DNA of 64,000 nt from Bacteroidales bacterium (lineage in GTDB: Bacteria; Bacteroidota; Bacteroidia; Bacteroidales; UBA932). The translations under genes and the position numbers were made by a program. The notes beneath the pieces were generated by a model. It was given only the letters and a program-made list of their open reading frames with translations. It did not search any database and was not told the origin of the DNA. This document shows positions 1-11,696 of the stretch, in pieces (within the stretch, counting starts at the first letter, position 1; each line of letters starts with the position of its first letter). The DNA is taken from NCBI GenBank assembly GCA_017428725.1, contig JAFRQH010000025.1:30869-94868 (forward strand). Direction: 5' to 3'.

Positions 1-173
1 GCGTGCAGCTCTCCGCCGAGCAGCTCGCGGAGCGCCGCCGCGAGGAGGAGGCGCGCGGCCGCAAGGCCTACACGCCGCCCCAGCGCGAGCGCACGGTCTC
101 CAAGAGCCTCAAGGCCTACGCCGCGATGGTCAGCAGCGCTGACAAGGGTGCCGTCAGAATCATAGAGGATTAG
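1..173 (+). CDS. ilvD: Dihydroxy-acid dehydratase, 3' end (partial)
   Basis: Frame from nt 3 reads [56 protein letters not shown], matching the IlvD C-terminal (S)ADKGAVR motif; lies directly upstream of ilvB. Confidence 0.88.
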   Translation, partial: VQLSAEQLAERRREEEARGRKAYTPPQRERTVSKSLKAYAAMVSSADKGAVRIIED

Positions 174-176
174 CTT

Positions 177-1895
177 ATGGGGCAGCGGTTGACAGGAGCG
201 GAGATTCTGCTGGAATCCCTTATCGCCGAGGGTGTTGATACGGTCTTCGGCTATCCTGGCGGTTCGATCATCACCGTCTACGACAAGATGTATCACTATT
301 CCGACCGCCTGCGCCACGTGCTCGTGCGCCACGAGCAGGGGGCCATCCACGCCGCCCAGGGCTATGCCCGGGCGACGGGTCGCCCCGGCGTGGTCATCGT
401 GACTTCGGGGCCCGGCGCCACCAACGTGATCACCGGCGTGGCCGACGCGATGGTGGATTCCACGCCCGTGATCGTGATCACCGGCCAGGTGGGCAATGCG
501 ATGCTCGGCACGGACGCCTTCCAGGAGACGGACGTGGTGGGCATGACCGGTCCGATCGACAAATGGACCTTCCAGATCCGCCAGGCCGAAGATGTGGCCA
601 CGGCGGTGGCCAAGGCTTTCCACATCGCCTCCACGGGCCGTCCCGGCCCCGTGGTGCTGGATTTCACGCGCGACGCGCAGGTGGGGCTGGCTGATTTCGA
701 ATACCATCCCTGCACGCACATCCGCAGCTACTCCCTGCCGGCCCCGGCGGACGAAGCGGCCATCGAAGCCGCCGCTCAGCTGATCGACGAGGCGGAGCGT
801 CCGTTCGTGGTCTACGGCCAGGGCGTGGTGCTCTCGCACGCCGAGGAGCAGCTCAAGGCCTTCCTCAAAAAGGGCGGCATCCCAGCGGCCTCCACGATGC
901 TGGGCCTGAGCGCCCTGCCTTCCGACTTCCCGTATTACGTCGGGATGACCGGGATGCACGGCAACATAGCATCCAACATGATGACCCAGCAGTGCGACGT
1001 GCTGATCGCCATCGGAATGCGTTTCAGCGACCGCGTGACCGGCAATCCCTCCACCTACGCCCCCCGGGCCAAGGTCATCCACATCGACGTGGACCGGACC
1101 GAGATCGGCAAGATCATCCCGGTCGACGTGGGGATCCTAGGCGACGCCGCCGAGGTCCTGGAGCGGCTGACGAAGCGCATCCGCTTCTCCTTCCACGACG
1201 AGTGGGCCGCACTGGCGCGCCGCTACGACCGGGTGGAGACCGAGCGTGTGACCACCCCGGAGACCGCCCCGGGCGAGGGCCCCGTCAATATGGGCGAGGT
1301 CGTGGCCAAGGTGGCCGAGCTGTCGGAGCGCCGCGCCGTGATCGTCACGGACGTGGGCCAGAACCAGCTGATGGGTGCGCGCTATTCCCGCTTCTGCCAG
1401 TCGCGCAGCTTCATCTCCTCGGGTGGCCTGGGCACGATGGGCTTCGGCCTGCCCGCCGCGATCGGCGCCAAGATCGGCGTCCCGGAGCGCGAGGTCTGCG
1501 CATTCGTGGGCGACGGCGGCATCCAGATGACCCTGCAGGAGTTCGGCACCATCATGCAGGAGGGGACGCCCGTCAAGGTCGTCCTGCTGAACAACAACTG
1601 GCTGGGCAACGTCCGCCAGTGGCAGGAGCTCTTCTACGGCAAGCGCTACTCGCAGACGAAGATGCTCAATCCCGATTATTCCCTCATCGCGCAGGCCTAC
1701 GGCATCCGCTACCGCTGCGTGGAGAGCCGTGCGGACCTGGAGCCGGCGCTGCGCGAGATGCTCGCCGCCAAGGAGCCGTTCCTGCTCGACGTCCACGTAC
1801 GGGAGGAGGGGATGGTCTATCCGATGGTCCCCGGCGGACGCCGGATGGACGAGATCCTGTTGAACAAAGACGAATGGTATCGCGATGGAGAATAG
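177..1895 (+). CDS. ilvB: Acetolactate synthase large subunit
   Basis: FGYPGG, RHEQGA, TSGPGATN, GTDAFQE motifs and ThDP-binding GDGG...NN motif. Confidence 0.97.
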   Translation: MGQRLTGAEILLESLIAEGVDTVFGYPGGSIITVYDKMYHYSDRLRHVLVRHEQGAIHAAQGYARATGRPGVVIVTSGPGATNVITGVADAMVDSTPVIVITGQVGNAMLGTDAFQETDVVGMTGPIDKWTFQIRQAEDVATAVAKAFHIASTGRPGPVVLDFTRDAQVGLADFEYHPCTHIRSYSLPAPADEAAIEAAAQLIDEAERPFVVYGQGVVLSHAEEQLKAFLKKGGIPAASTMLGLSALPSDFPYYVGMTGMHGNIASNMMTQQCDVLIAIGMRFSDRVTGNPSTYAPRAKVIHIDVDRTEIGKIIPVDVGILGDAAEVLERLTKRIRFSFHDEWAALARRYDRVETERVTTPETAPGEGPVNMGEVVAKVAELSERRAVIVTDVGQNQLMGARYSRFCQSRSFISSGGLGTMGFGLPAAIGAKIGVPEREVCAFVGDGGIQMTLQEFGTIMQEGTPVKVVLLNNNWLGNVRQWQELFYGKRYSQTKMLNPDYSLIAQAYGIRYRCVESRADLEPALREMLAAKEPFLLDVHVREEGMVYPMVPGGRRMDEILLNKDEWYRDGE

Positions 1896-2196
1896 CAATA
1901 TGTACATCATCTCGGTCTATTCCGAGAACCAGGTGGGTCTGTTGAGTTCGATCTCCAATATCTTCACCCGCCGCGGCATCAATATCGAGAGCCTGACGGT
2001 GTTCCCGTCCGAATTCCCGGGCATCCACCATTTTACCTTCCGGGCCATCACCACCGAAAAGGTCGCAAACCAGCTGGTGGGCTTCATCGAGAAGGAGGTG
2101 GAGGTGGTGCGGGCGTTCTGCTTCCTGGACAATGCCACGAGCAGCGCCGAGCACGCGGTCCTCGAAGAAATGCTTATGAGAAACAAAAACCAATAA
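1885..2196 (+). CDS. ilvN: Acetolactate synthase small (regulatory) subunit, ACT domain only
   Basis: ISVYSENQVGLLSSISNIFTRRGINIESLTV ACT motif; between ilvB and ilvC; start could be the ATG at 1900. Confidence 0.88.
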   Translation: MENSNMYIISVYSENQVGLLSSISNIFTRRGINIESLTVFPSEFPGIHHFTFRAITTEKVANQLVGFIEKEVEVVRAFCFLDNATSSAEHAVLEEMLMRNKNQ

Positions 2197-2210
2197 AAAC
2201 AGAGAACGAT

Positions 2211-3254
2211 ATGGCAAAGATGAATTTTGGCGGCGTGGTCGAGAATGTTGTCACCCGCGATGAGTTTACCGTAGAAAAGGCCCGCGAGGTCCTCAAGGAC
2301 GAAGTGGTGGCCATCATCGGTTACGGCATCCAGGGGCCCGGCCAGGCCCTCAACCTCAAGGACAACGGCATCAACGTGATCGTCGGACAGCGCGCCGGCA
2401 AGACCTTCGACAAGGCCGTCGGCGACGGCTGGGTGCCCGGCAAGACGCTCTTCAGCATCGAGGAGGCCTGCGAGAAGGCTACCGTGATCGAGTACCTGCT
2501 TTCCGACGCCGCCCAGATCGAGCAGTGGCCCGTGGTCAAGAAGCACCTGACCCCCGGCAAGGCCCTGTATTTCTCCCACGGCTTCGGCATCACCTTCAAC
2601 GACCGTACGGGCATCGTCCCGCCCAAGGACGTGGACGTGATCATGGTGGCCCCGAAGGGTTCCGGCACCTCCGTGCGCCGGCTCTTCCTGCAGGGCCGCG
2701 GCATCAACTCCTCCTTCGCCGTCTACCAGGACGCCACCGGCCGTGCCTTGGAGCGTACCCTCGCCCTGGGCATCGCCATCGGCTCGGGCTACCTCTTCGA
2801 GACTGATTTCAAGCGCGAGGTCTACTCCGACCTCACCGGTGAGCGCGGCACGCTGATGGGTGCCATCCAGGGCATCCTCTCCGCACAGTACGAAGTGCTG
2901 CGCGAGCACGGCCACAGCCCTTCGGAGGCCTTCAACGAGACCGTCGAGGAGCTGACCCAGTCCCTGATGCCGCTCTTCGCCGAAAAGGGTATGGACTGGA
3001 TGTATGCCAACTGCTCCACCACGGCCCAGCGCGGCGCGCTGGACTGGATGGGACCTTTCCACGACGCTACCAAGCCCGTGTTCGAGAAGCTCTACAACGA
3101 GGTGGCCTGCGGCAATGAGGCCCAGCGCTCGATCGATTCCAACTCCAAGCCCGACTACCGTGAGGGGCTGGAGAAGGAGCTGAAGGCCATGCGCGAGAGC
3201 GAGCTCTGGCGCACCGGCGCCGCCGTCCGCGAACTGCGTCCCGAGAATAAATAA
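2211..3254 (+). CDS. ilvC: Ketol-acid reductoisomerase
   Basis: IIGYGIQG Rossmann motif, [15 protein letters not shown]. Confidence 0.97.
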   Translation: MAKMNFGGVVENVVTRDEFTVEKAREVLKDEVVAIIGYGIQGPGQALNLKDNGINVIVGQRAGKTFDKAVGDGWVPGKTLFSIEEACEKATVIEYLLSDAAQIEQWPVVKKHLTPGKALYFSHGFGITFNDRTGIVPPKDVDVIMVAPKGSGTSVRRLFLQGRGINSSFAVYQDATGRALERTLALGIAIGSGYLFETDFKREVYSDLTGERGTLMGAIQGILSAQYEVLREHGHSPSEAFNETVEELTQSLMPLFAEKGMDWMYANCSTTAQRGALDWMGPFHDATKPVFEKLYNEVACGNEAQRSIDSNSKPDYREGLEKELKAMRESELWRTGAAVRELRPENK

Positions 3255-3260
3255 TCACCG

Positions 3261-4760
3261 ATGGACAGCAACAGGATCTATATTTTCGACACCACCCTGC
3301 GCGACGGCGAGCAGGTGCCCGGCTGCCAGCTCAACACCGTGGAGAAGATCCAGGTGGCCAAGGCCCTGGAAGAGCTCGGCGTGGACGTGATCGAGGCCGG
3401 TTTCCCGATCTCCAGTCCCGGCGACTTCAACTCCGTCGTGGAGATCTCCAAGGCCGTGACCTGGCCGACGATCTGCGCCCTCACGCGTGCGGTCCAGAAG
3501 GACATCGACGTGGCCGTGGAGGCGCTGAAGTTCGCCAAGCACAAGCGCATCCACACCGGCATCGGCACGTCCGACTCGCACATCCGCTACAAGTTCAACT
3601 CCACGCGCGAGGAGATCCTGGAGCGGGCCGTGCGTGCGGTCAAGTACGCCAAGCAGTACGTCGAAGACGTGGAATTCTACGCCGAGGACGCCGGCCGGAC
3701 GGACAATGCCTACCTCGCCCAGGTGGTGGAGGCCGTGATCAAGGCCGGCGCCACGGTAGTCAACATCCCCGACACCACGGGCTACTGCCTGCCGGAGGAG
3801 TACGCCGCCAAGATCCGCTACCTGGTCGAGCACGTGGACGGCATCGACAAGGCCATCCTCTCCACGCACTGCCACAACGACCTCGGCATGGCCACGGCCA
3901 ACACCATCTCCGGCCTGCTGGCCGGGGCGCGCCAGTGCGAGGTCACGATCAATGGCGTGGGCGAGCGCGCGGGCAACACCGCCCTCGAAGAAATTGCGAT
4001 GATCCTGCGCAGCCACTCCGACATCCCCCTGACCACCAACATCAACACCACGCGCATCTATCCGGTCAGCCGGATGGTGTCGAGCCTGATGAACATGCCC
4101 GTACAGGCCAACAAGGCCATCGTGGGGCGCAATGCCTTCGCGCATTCCTCCGGCATCCACCAGGATGGCGTGCTCAAGGAGGTCAGCACCTACGAGATCA
4201 TCGATCCCAAGGACATCGGCCTGGACGACAACAACATCGTCCTGACGGCGCGCAGCGGCCACGCCGCCCTGCGTTTCCGCCTGGAAAGCCTCGGCATCAA
4301 GCTCTCCGACGAGAAGCTGGACGCCTTCTACCAGGAGTTCCTCAAACTCGCCGACAAGAAGAAGCAGATCACCGACGAGGACCTGCTGGTGCTGGCCGGC
4401 GCCGAGCGCGCCGAGTTCGCCCACATCAAGCTGGACTACCTCCAGGTGACGAGCGGCAAGGGCCTGCGGCCCGTGGCCAGCATCGGCCTGGACATCGCCG
4501 GCGAGAAATTCGAGGGCGCAGCCCACGGCAACGGCCCGGTGGACGCGGCGATCAATGCGCTCAAGTCCATCATCAAGCGCACGATGACCATCAAGGAGTT
4601 CACGATCCAGAACATCACCAAGGGCTCCGACGACGTGGCCAAGGTCCATATGCAGGTGGAGCACGACGGACACGTCTATTACGGGTTCGGCGCCAATACC
4701 GACATCGTGACCGGCTCCGTGGAGGCCTACATCGACTGTATCAACAAATTCAAGAGCTGA
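3261..4760 (+). CDS. leuA: 2-isopropylmalate synthase
   Basis: [32 protein letters not shown] motifs; C-terminal regulatory domain. Confidence 0.96.
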   Translation: MDSNRIYIFDTTLRDGEQVPGCQLNTVEKIQVAKALEELGVDVIEAGFPISSPGDFNSVVEISKAVTWPTICALTRAVQKDIDVAVEALKFAKHKRIHTGIGTSDSHIRYKFNSTREEILERAVRAVKYAKQYVEDVEFYAEDAGRTDNAYLAQVVEAVIKAGATVVNIPDTTGYCLPEEYAAKIRYLVEHVDGIDKAILSTHCHNDLGMATANTISGLLAGARQCEVTINGVGERAGNTALEEIAMILRSHSDIPLTTNINTTRIYPVSRMVSSLMNMPVQANKAIVGRNAFAHSSGIHQDGVLKEVSTYEIIDPKDIGLDDNNIVLTARSGHAALRFRLESLGIKLSDEKLDAFYQEFLKLADKKKQITDEDLLVLAGAERAEFAHIKLDYLQVTSGKGLRPVASIGLDIAGEKFEGAAHGNGPVDAAINALKSIIKRTMTIKEFTIQNITKGSDDVAKVHMQVEHDGHVYYGFGANTDIVTGSVEAYIDCINKFKS

Positions 4761-6127
4761 TGAATACGCTTTTCGACAAAATCTGGGATGCGCACGTGGT
4801 CTCGCTCATCGAGGACGGCCCGACCCAGCTCTACATCGACCGGCTCTACTGCCACGAGGTCACGAGCCCGCAGGCCTTCGACGGCCTGCGCGCCCGCGGG
4901 ATCAAGTGCCTGCGTCCGGCGCAGATCTTCTGTATGCCGGACCACAACACGCCCACGCACGACCAGGACAAGCCGATCGAGGATCCCGTGTCCAAGGCCC
5001 AGGTGGATGCGCTCTCGCGCAATGCCGCCGAGTTCGGCCTGACGCATTACGGGATGATGAGCCCGGACAACGGCATCATCCACGTGGTGGGCCCGGAGAA
5101 GGGCCTCTCGCTGCCCGGGATGACCATCGTCTGCGGCGACTCCCACACCTCCACGCACGGTGCGATGGGCGCCGTGGCTTTCGGCATCGGCACGAGCGAA
5201 GTGGAGATGGTGCTGGCCTCGCAGTGCATCCTGCAGCAGAAACCCAAGTCGATGAGCATCCGCATCGAGGGCGAACTCGCCCCGGGCGTGAGCGCCAAGG
5301 ACATCGCCCTCTACCTGATGAGCAAGCTCACCACGAGCGGCGCCACGGGCTATTTCGTGGAGTACCGCGGCAGTACGGTGCGCGCCCTGTCTATGGAGGG
5401 CCGCCTGACGCTCTGCAACCTCTCCATCGAGATGGGTGCGCGCGGCGGGTTCGTGGCGCCGGACGAGACCACCTTCGCCTACCTGAAGGGCCGTGAATAC
5501 GCCCCGAAGGGGGAGGCCTGGGACAAGGCCGTGGCTTACTGGCGTACGCTGGTCAGCGGCGAGGACGCCGTATTCGACCGGGAACTGGTCTTCGACGCGG
5601 CCGACATCGTCCCGATGATCACCTACGGGACCAACCCCGGGATGGGGATGCCCATAGACGGGACCATTCCTTCAGATGCTGCACAGAAAGCGCTTGATTA
5701 TATGGGTTTTGCTGCCGGGCAGAAACTGCTCGGCCATCCTGTGGACTACGTGTTCCTGGGCGCCTGCACCAACGGGCGCATCGAGGACTTCCGCGCCTTC
5801 GCTTCGCTGGTGCGCGGACGCCGCAAGGCGCCCGGCGTGACCGCCTGGCTGGTGCCCGGCTCCTGGGCCGTGAAGCGCCAGGTGGAGGAGGAGGGGCTGG
5901 ACCGCGTGCTCGCCGAGGCGGGCTTCGAAGTCCGGCAGCCCGGCTGCTCCGCCTGCCTGGCGATGAATGACGACAAGATCCCTGCCGGCAAGTATGCCGT
6001 CTCCACCAGCAACCGCAATTTCGAGGGCCGCCAGGGCCCCGGCTCCCGCACGCTGCTCGCCAGTCCGCTCACCGCGGCGGCGGCCGCCGTCACGGGCGTC
6101 GTCACCGATCCACGCACTTTGATATGA
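4760..6127 (+). CDS. leuC: 3-isopropylmalate dehydratase large subunit
   Basis: True start [12 protein letters not shown] overlaps the leuA stop (TGATG); [48 protein letters not shown]. Confidence 0.97.
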   Translation: MNTLFDKIWDAHVVSLIEDGPTQLYIDRLYCHEVTSPQAFDGLRARGIKCLRPAQIFCMPDHNTPTHDQDKPIEDPVSKAQVDALSRNAAEFGLTHYGMMSPDNGIIHVVGPEKGLSLPGMTIVCGDSHTSTHGAMGAVAFGIGTSEVEMVLASQCILQQKPKSMSIRIEGELAPGVSAKDIALYLMSKLTTSGATGYFVEYRGSTVRALSMEGRLTLCNLSIEMGARGGFVAPDETTFAYLKGREYAPKGEAWDKAVAYWRTLVSGEDAVFDRELVFDAADIVPMITYGTNPGMGMPIDGTIPSDAAQKALDYMGFAAGQKLLGHPVDYVFLGACTNGRIEDFRAFASLVRGRRKAPGVTAWLVPGSWAVKRQVEEEGLDRVLAEAGFEVRQPGCSACLAMNDDKIPAGKYAVSTSNRNFEGRQGPGSRTLLASPLTAAAAAVTGVVTDPRTLI

Positions 6128-6720
6128 AACAGAAATTCGACATCATAGAGAGCACCTGCGTGCCCCTCCCGCTGGAGAACGTGGACACGGACCAGATCAT
6201 CCCGGCCCGCTTCCTCAAGGCTACCACGCGCGACGAGAAGTTCTTCGGGGACAACCTGTTCCGCGACTGGCGCTACGATGCGCAGGGCAACCCCAAGCCC
6301 GGCTTCGTGCTCAACGACCCGCGCTACGGCGGCTGTATCCTGGTGGCCGGCAAGAATTTCGGCTCCGGCTCCAGCCGCGAGCACGCCGCCTGGGCCATCG
6401 CCGGTTACGGCTTCCGGGTGGTGATCTCCAGTTTCTTCGCGGACATCCACAAGAACAACGAGCTCAACAACTTCGTGCTCCCCGTGGTCGTCTCGGAGGA
6501 ATTCCTGTCCGAACTCTTTGCGGGCATCGCCGCCGACCCGGGCCTGAAAGTCCGCGTGGACGTCCCTGCCCAGACGGTGACCAACCTCGCAACGGGCCGC
6601 AGTGAGCGGTTCGAACTCAACGCATACAAGAAATATTGTTTGACCCACGCTTTAGATGATATCGACTATCTTCTTGAGCAGAAAGACAAAATAGAAGCAT
6701 TTGAAAGAGACAGGAAATAG
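6124..6720 (+). CDS. leuD: 3-isopropylmalate dehydratase small subunit
   Basis: [24 protein letters not shown] motifs. Confidence 0.97.
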   Translation: MKQKFDIIESTCVPLPLENVDTDQIIPARFLKATTRDEKFFGDNLFRDWRYDAQGNPKPGFVLNDPRYGGCILVAGKNFGSGSSREHAAWAIAGYGFRVVISSFFADIHKNNELNNFVLPVVVSEEFLSELFAGIAADPGLKVRVDVPAQTVTNLATGRSERFELNAYKKYCLTHALDDIDYLLEQKDKIEAFERDRK

Positions 6721-8254
6721 GATCGAAATCCTCGACACCACCCTTCGTGACGGCGAGCAGACGGCCGGCGTCTCGTTCAATCCGGACGAGAAGCTGGCCA
6801 TCGCGCAGCTGTTGCTGGAAGAGTTGCACGTCGACCGCGTGGAGGTGGCATCCGCCCGGGTGTCGAAGGGGGAGAGCCAGGCCTTCCGGCGCATCTGCGC
6901 CTGGGCCGCCTCCGCCGGCTGCCTGGACCGTGTCGAGGCCCTCGGCTTCGTGGACGACGGCTTGTCCGTGGACTGGATCGCAGACGCCGGCGGCAAGGTG
7001 GTGAACATCCTGGCCAAAGGGTCCCTGCGCCACTTGGAGAAGCAGCTCAAGAAGAGTCCGGAGCAGCATGCCGAGGACATCATCCGCGTGATCGGCCACG
7101 CCAGCGTGCGCGGCCTCTCGGTCAACCTCTACCTCGAGGACTGGTCCAACGGGATGGCCGATTCGCCCGACTATGTGTACGGCCTGCTGGACCAGCTCCG
7201 CTTCCAGCCGGTCCGCCGCGTGATGCTGCCTGATACCCTGGGCGTGCTCAACCCCTGGCAGGTCGAGGAATACATCGGACGGATCCGGGAGCGCTTCCCG
7301 CAGATGCGTTTCGACTTCCACGCCCACAACGACTACGGGCTGGCCGTCGCCAATACCCTGGCCGCGGCGCGCGCCGGGGTCAGCGGCGTCCACACGACGG
7401 TCAACGGCCTGGGCGAGCGCAGCGGCAATGCGCCCGTGGCCGGGGTCGTGGCCGCGCTCCAGGACCAGCTCGGCTGCGTCGTGAGCGCGGACGAGTCGCG
7501 CCTGACGCACGTCTGCCGCTACGTGGAGAGCATCTCCGGCATCCGCATCCCGGACAATGAGCCCGTGGTGGGGGAGAACGTCTTCACGCAGAGCAGCGGC
7601 GTCCACGCCGACGGCGACAACAAGGCCGACCTCTATTCCAACCGGCTGCTCCCGCAGCGGTTCGGCCGCACTCGCAGCTATGCGCTGGGCAAGATGAGCG
7701 GCAAGGCCAACATCGTCAAGAACCTGGACAAGCTGGGCCTCCGGCTGACCCCCGAGCAGGTCAAACTCGTCACGCAGCGCGTCGTGGAACTGGGCGACAA
7801 GAAGGAAGCGCTGGCCGCGGAGGACCTCCCGTTCATCATTGCGGACGTGCTCAAGACGGCCCACAACCCCACGCAGGACAACATCCACATCGTCAACTAT
7901 TCCCTCCAGCTGGCCCGCGGCATGCGCCCCGTGGCCATCGTCAAGGTCAGCATCCACGGCCAGGAATACGAGGCTTCCTCGCCCGGCGACGGGCAGTACG
8001 ACGCCTTCATGAAGGCGCTCTGGATCATCTACGAGAAGCTCGGCAAGACCCATCCCATCCTGACCGACTACCAGGTCACGATTCCGCCGGGCGGCAAGAC
8101 CGACGCCCTCGTGTCGGCCAGCATCTCCTGGAAGGACGGGGCCAACGAGTTCAAGACCCGCGGCATCGACTCCGACCAGACGGAAGCGGCCATCAAGGCC
8201 ACGGTCAAGATGCTCAACATCATCGAGAACATGGATTTAAACCAACTGAAATGA
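6701..8254 (+). CDS. cimA: Citramalate synthase (LeuA paralogue, CimA type)
   Basis: [10 protein letters not shown] and HAHNDYG motifs; second DRE-TIM enzyme located between leuD and leuB, the usual Bacteroidales cimA position. Confidence 0.8.
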   Translation: MKETGNRIEILDTTLRDGEQTAGVSFNPDEKLAIAQLLLEELHVDRVEVASARVSKGESQAFRRICAWAASAGCLDRVEALGFVDDGLSVDWIADAGGKVVNILAKGSLRHLEKQLKKSPEQHAEDIIRVIGHASVRGLSVNLYLEDWSNGMADSPDYVYGLLDQLRFQPVRRVMLPDTLGVLNPWQVEEYIGRIRERFPQMRFDFHAHNDYGLAVANTLAAARAGVSGVHTTVNGLGERSGNAPVAGVVAALQDQLGCVVSADESRLTHVCRYVESISGIRIPDNEPVVGENVFTQSSGVHADGDNKADLYSNRLLPQRFGRTRSYALGKMSGKANIVKNLDKLGLRLTPEQVKLVTQRVVELGDKKEALAAEDLPFIIADVLKTAHNPTQDNIHIVNYSLQLARGMRPVAIVKVSIHGQEYEASSPGDGQYDAFMKALWIIYEKLGKTHPILTDYQVTIPPGGKTDALVSASISWKDGANEFKTRGIDSDQTEAAIKATVKMLNIIENMDLNQLK

Positions 8255-9309
8255 AATACGACATTGCCCTTCTCCCCGGGGACGGCATCGGTCCCGAGGT
8301 CATCTGCCAGGCCGTCAAGGCCGTAGACGCAGTCAGCAAGAAGTTCGGACACACGGTGTCCTACAAATTCGCCTATGCGGGCGCCTGTGCGATCGACCGC
8401 TACGGCGACGCCTTCCCGGAGGTCACATACCAGACCTGCCTGGACTGCGACGCCGTGCTGTTCGGCGCCGTGGGCGATCCCAAATACGACAACGACCCCA
8501 CGGCGAAGGTGCGCCCGGAGCAGGGCCTGCTGGCGATGCGCAAGCAGCTCGGCCTGTTCGCCAACCTGCGTCCGGTGGAGACCTTCAAGTCCCTGGTCCA
8601 CAAATCCCCCCTCAAGGAGGAGCTGGTGGACGGGGCGGATTTCCTCTGTATCCGGGAGCTCACGGGCGGGATGTATTTCGGTGAGAAAGGCCGTCTGGAC
8701 GGCGGTGACACCGCCTACGACACCAACATCTACCACCGCTACGAGATCGAGCGCATCCTCAAGCAGGCCTTCGAGTTCGCGATGCGCCGCCGCAAGCACC
8801 TCACGGTGGTGGACAAGGCCAACGTGCTGGAGTCTTCCCGGCTGTGGCGCCAGGTGGCCCAGGAGATGGCCCCGCAGTATCCGGAAGTCACCACGGACTA
8901 TATGTTCGTGGACAACGCCGCGATGAAGCTCATCACCGGTCCCAAGTTCTTCGACGTGATCGTCACGGAGAACACCTTCGGGGACATCCTCACCGACGAG
9001 GCCAGCGTGGTGTCCGGGTCGATGGGCCTGCTCGCCTCCGCCTCCATCGGAGAGAAGACCGGCGTGTATGAGCCGATCCACGGTTCATACCCCCAGGCAG
9101 CCGGCAAGAACATCGCCAACCCCCTCGCGGCCATCCTTTCGGCGGCGATGATGTTCGAATATGCCTTCGGACGGATGGAGGAGGGAGCCGCAATTCGTAA
9201 AGCGGTGGCTCTCAGCATAGAAAACAATATTGTCACCGAAGATTTGGCCGGTTCCGGCCGGGCATATTCCACCATTGAGGTGGGGGATTGGGTAGCTGCA
9301 CACATCTAA
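8251..9309 (+). CDS. leuB: 3-isopropylmalate dehydrogenase
   Basis: [36 protein letters not shown]. Confidence 0.97.
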   Translation: MKYDIALLPGDGIGPEVICQAVKAVDAVSKKFGHTVSYKFAYAGACAIDRYGDAFPEVTYQTCLDCDAVLFGAVGDPKYDNDPTAKVRPEQGLLAMRKQLGLFANLRPVETFKSLVHKSPLKEELVDGADFLCIRELTGGMYFGEKGRLDGGDTAYDTNIYHRYEIERILKQAFEFAMRRRKHLTVVDKANVLESSRLWRQVAQEMAPQYPEVTTDYMFVDNAAMKLITGPKFFDVIVTENTFGDILTDEASVVSGSMGLLASASIGEKTGVYEPIHGSYPQAAGKNIANPLAAILSAAMMFEYAFGRMEEGAAIRKAVALSIENNIVTEDLAGSGRAYSTIEVGDWVAAHI

Positions 9310-9333
9310 AAATCGATATTATAAGCAATCGTT

Positions 9334-10371
9334 ATGGCACAAATTGATTGGGATTCTTTGGGCTTTGATGCCTACCGCACCCGGACGGTCGTCCTGGCGC
9401 ATTACCGTGACGGGGCCTGGTCCGATATCGAACTGACCGAGACTTTTTCTTTCACGATCGAGCCTTTCATGCAGGGTCTGCACTATGCGATCTCCTGCTT
9501 CGAGGGGCTGAAGGCGTTCCACCAGAAGGACGGCAGCATCATCATGTTCCGCCCGGAGAAGAATGCCGCCCGTATGGCCCGTTCGGCCCGTTTCCTGGGC
9601 CTTCCGGAGCCCTCTGAGGAACTATTCATCCGTATGTGCGAGCTCTGCGTGAAGCACAACCTGGAGTTCCTCCCGCCTTATGGCCACCAGGCTTCGCTGT
9701 ACCTCCGTCCGCTGCTTTTCGCCCCGCATCCGCAGATGCAGCTGGTCCCGTATCCGGAGGTGACCCTGGCCGTGATGTGCGCGCCGGCGGGCTCCTACTA
9801 CGGAGCACACCTGCGTTCGGCGGCGGCCGTGATCCCCGGCGACTTCGACCGTGCGGCCCCCAAGGGGACGGGCAGTTACAAGCTCAGTGCGAACTACGCC
9901 GGGACCTTCGTCCCGTACAAGATCGCCCACGAACAGGGCTATGCAGAGCTCCTCTACCTCAATTCCGCGACCCGCGAGTTCGTGGATGAGTTCGGTTCTT
10001 CCAACTTCTTTGGTATCAAGGGAGGAAACACTTATGTTACCCCTCTTTCCGACAGCGTTTTGCCCTCCATCACCAACCTCACGCTGCAGGAATGCGCCGC
10101 GGATTTCGGGATGAAGGTCGAGAAGCGTCCCGTCCCGCTGGACGAGCTGGACGAGTTCGAGGAAGCGGGCGGCTGCGGCACCGCCGTGGTCATCACGCCG
10201 ATGTCCCACATCGACATCAAGCCCGTGCTGCGCGAGCCGCTGGTCACGCGCAGTTTCCGCTATGAGCCGGACGGCGCCGTGGGGCCCGTCTGCACCAAAC
10301 TCTACAAGCGCATCACCGGCATCCAGTTCGGCGAACTGGAGGACACGCACGGCTGGTGCTACAAGATCTAG
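9334..10371 (+). CDS. ilvE: Branched-chain amino acid aminotransferase (class IV)
   Basis: LHYAISCFEGLKA, FRPEKNAAR, YKLSANY (PLP Lys), LPSITN, GCGTAVVITP. Confidence 0.93.
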   Translation: MAQIDWDSLGFDAYRTRTVVLAHYRDGAWSDIELTETFSFTIEPFMQGLHYAISCFEGLKAFHQKDGSIIMFRPEKNAARMARSARFLGLPEPSEELFIRMCELCVKHNLEFLPPYGHQASLYLRPLLFAPHPQMQLVPYPEVTLAVMCAPAGSYYGAHLRSAAAVIPGDFDRAAPKGTGSYKLSANYAGTFVPYKIAHEQGYAELLYLNSATREFVDEFGSSNFFGIKGGNTYVTPLSDSVLPSITNLTLQECAADFGMKVEKRPVPLDELDEFEEAGGCGTAVVITPMSHIDIKPVLREPLVTRSFRYEPDGAVGPVCTKLYKRITGIQFGELEDTHGWCYKI

Positions 10372-10374
10372 GGA

Positions 10375-11694
10375 ATGAAGATATTCAGCGAAGCGCTTGT
10401 CGCCGAGGCCTGCCGTGCCAACAGCATCGCGGACCTGTCCACCGCCACGATCGGGGAGATCCTGCTGGCGGCGCAGTATCTCGAGCAGAAGACCGGGATC
10501 CCCTTCATCCGGATGGACCAGGGATCTCCGGGCCTGCCCATCAACCGCTACGGCGTGGAGGCCGAGAAGCGGGCGCTGGACAGCGGGATCGGCTCGCAGT
10601 ACCCGGCGGCCGCAGGCGTGCCGGAGCTCAAGGAGGCGGCGTCGGAATTCATCCGCGCCTTCATCGACATCGGCGTGAGCCCGCGCAGCTGCGTGCCCAC
10701 GACGGGCTCGGTGTCCGCTTCCTTCGGCTCGTTCATCGCCTGCACGCAGCGCATTCCCGGCAAGGACAAGGTGCTGTTCATCGATCCGGGCTTTCCGATC
10801 CAGAAGTCGCAGCTGCGCGTGCTCGGGATCGGCTGGCGCGAGTTCGACATCTTCGCCTGGCGCGGCTCCGGACGGCTCCGGACCCGGCTGGAAGAGGAAC
10901 TCGCGGCCGGGGACATCGCCGCCATCGTCTATTCCAACCCCAACAATCCCGCGTGGATCTGCCTGGAGGAGGAGGAATTGCAGGTGATCGGCGAGCTGGC
11001 CACGAAGTATGACGTGGTGGTCCTGGAGGACCTGGCATACTTCTGCATGGACTACCGCCGGCAGCTGGGCCACCCTTACGAGCCGCCGTACGTGCCCACC
11101 GTGGCGCGCTATACCGACAATTACATCCTGATGCTCTCCGCGTCCAAGATATTCAGCTATGCCGGCCAGCGCATTGCGCTTTGCTGCATCTCCGATGCCT
11201 TGTACGAGAAGCAGTATCCCGCGCTGGCGGAGCGTTACCTGGACGCCGGCGTGTTCGGCGTGACGCTCACGGCGTCCATCCTCTATATGATCACGAGCGG
11301 CTGCACGGCCACCACGCAGTACGGCTACGCCGAGATGCTGCGCCTGTCGTGCCAGGGCGCTATCAATTTCGTGGAGGACACGCGCGAGTATGAGCGCCGG
11401 GCCCGGCGGATGAAGGAGATCTTCTGCCGCCACGGCTTCACCGTGCCCTATGAACGCGATGTCACGCAGGCGGTGGGGGACGGCTTCTTCTTCACCTTGG
11501 CCTACGACGGCCTGACGGGCGACGAGCTGGTGGTCGAACTGATGTACTACGGGGTCAGCAGCATCTCCCTCTCCACGACGGGCAGCCGCCAGCAAGGCGT
11601 GCGCGGCTGTACGAGCCGGATGCGCGAGGAGCTCTATCCCGTGCTGGATGAGCGGATGGCCGCCTTCGAGCGGGACCACCCGAAGAAAAGATAG
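10375..11694 (+). CDS. PLP-dependent aminotransferase class I/II, substrate unknown
   Basis: YSNPNNP, EDLAY, SASKIFSYAGQRI fold-type I motifs. Confidence 0.85.
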   Translation: MKIFSEALVAEACRANSIADLSTATIGEILLAAQYLEQKTGIPFIRMDQGSPGLPINRYGVEAEKRALDSGIGSQYPAAAGVPELKEAASEFIRAFIDIGVSPRSCVPTTGSVSASFGSFIACTQRIPGKDKVLFIDPGFPIQKSQLRVLGIGWREFDIFAWRGSGRLRTRLEEELAAGDIAAIVYSNPNNPAWICLEEEELQVIGELATKYDVVVLEDLAYFCMDYRRQLGHPYEPPYVPTVARYTDNYILMLSASKIFSYAGQRIALCCISDALYEKQYPALAERYLDAGVFGVTLTASILYMITSGCTATTQYGYAEMLRLSCQGAINFVEDTREYERRARRMKEIFCRHGFTVPYERDVTQAVGDGFFFTLAYDGLTGDELVVELMYYGVSSISLSTTGSRQQGVRGCTSRMREELYPVLDERMAAFERDHPKKR

Positions 11695-11696
11695 AG

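Noticed and set aside
3935-4759. 730-aa ORF suggesting an N-terminally extended LeuC
   Set aside because: The extension overlaps leuA out of frame; the real LeuC starts at 4760 (MNTLFDKIW)
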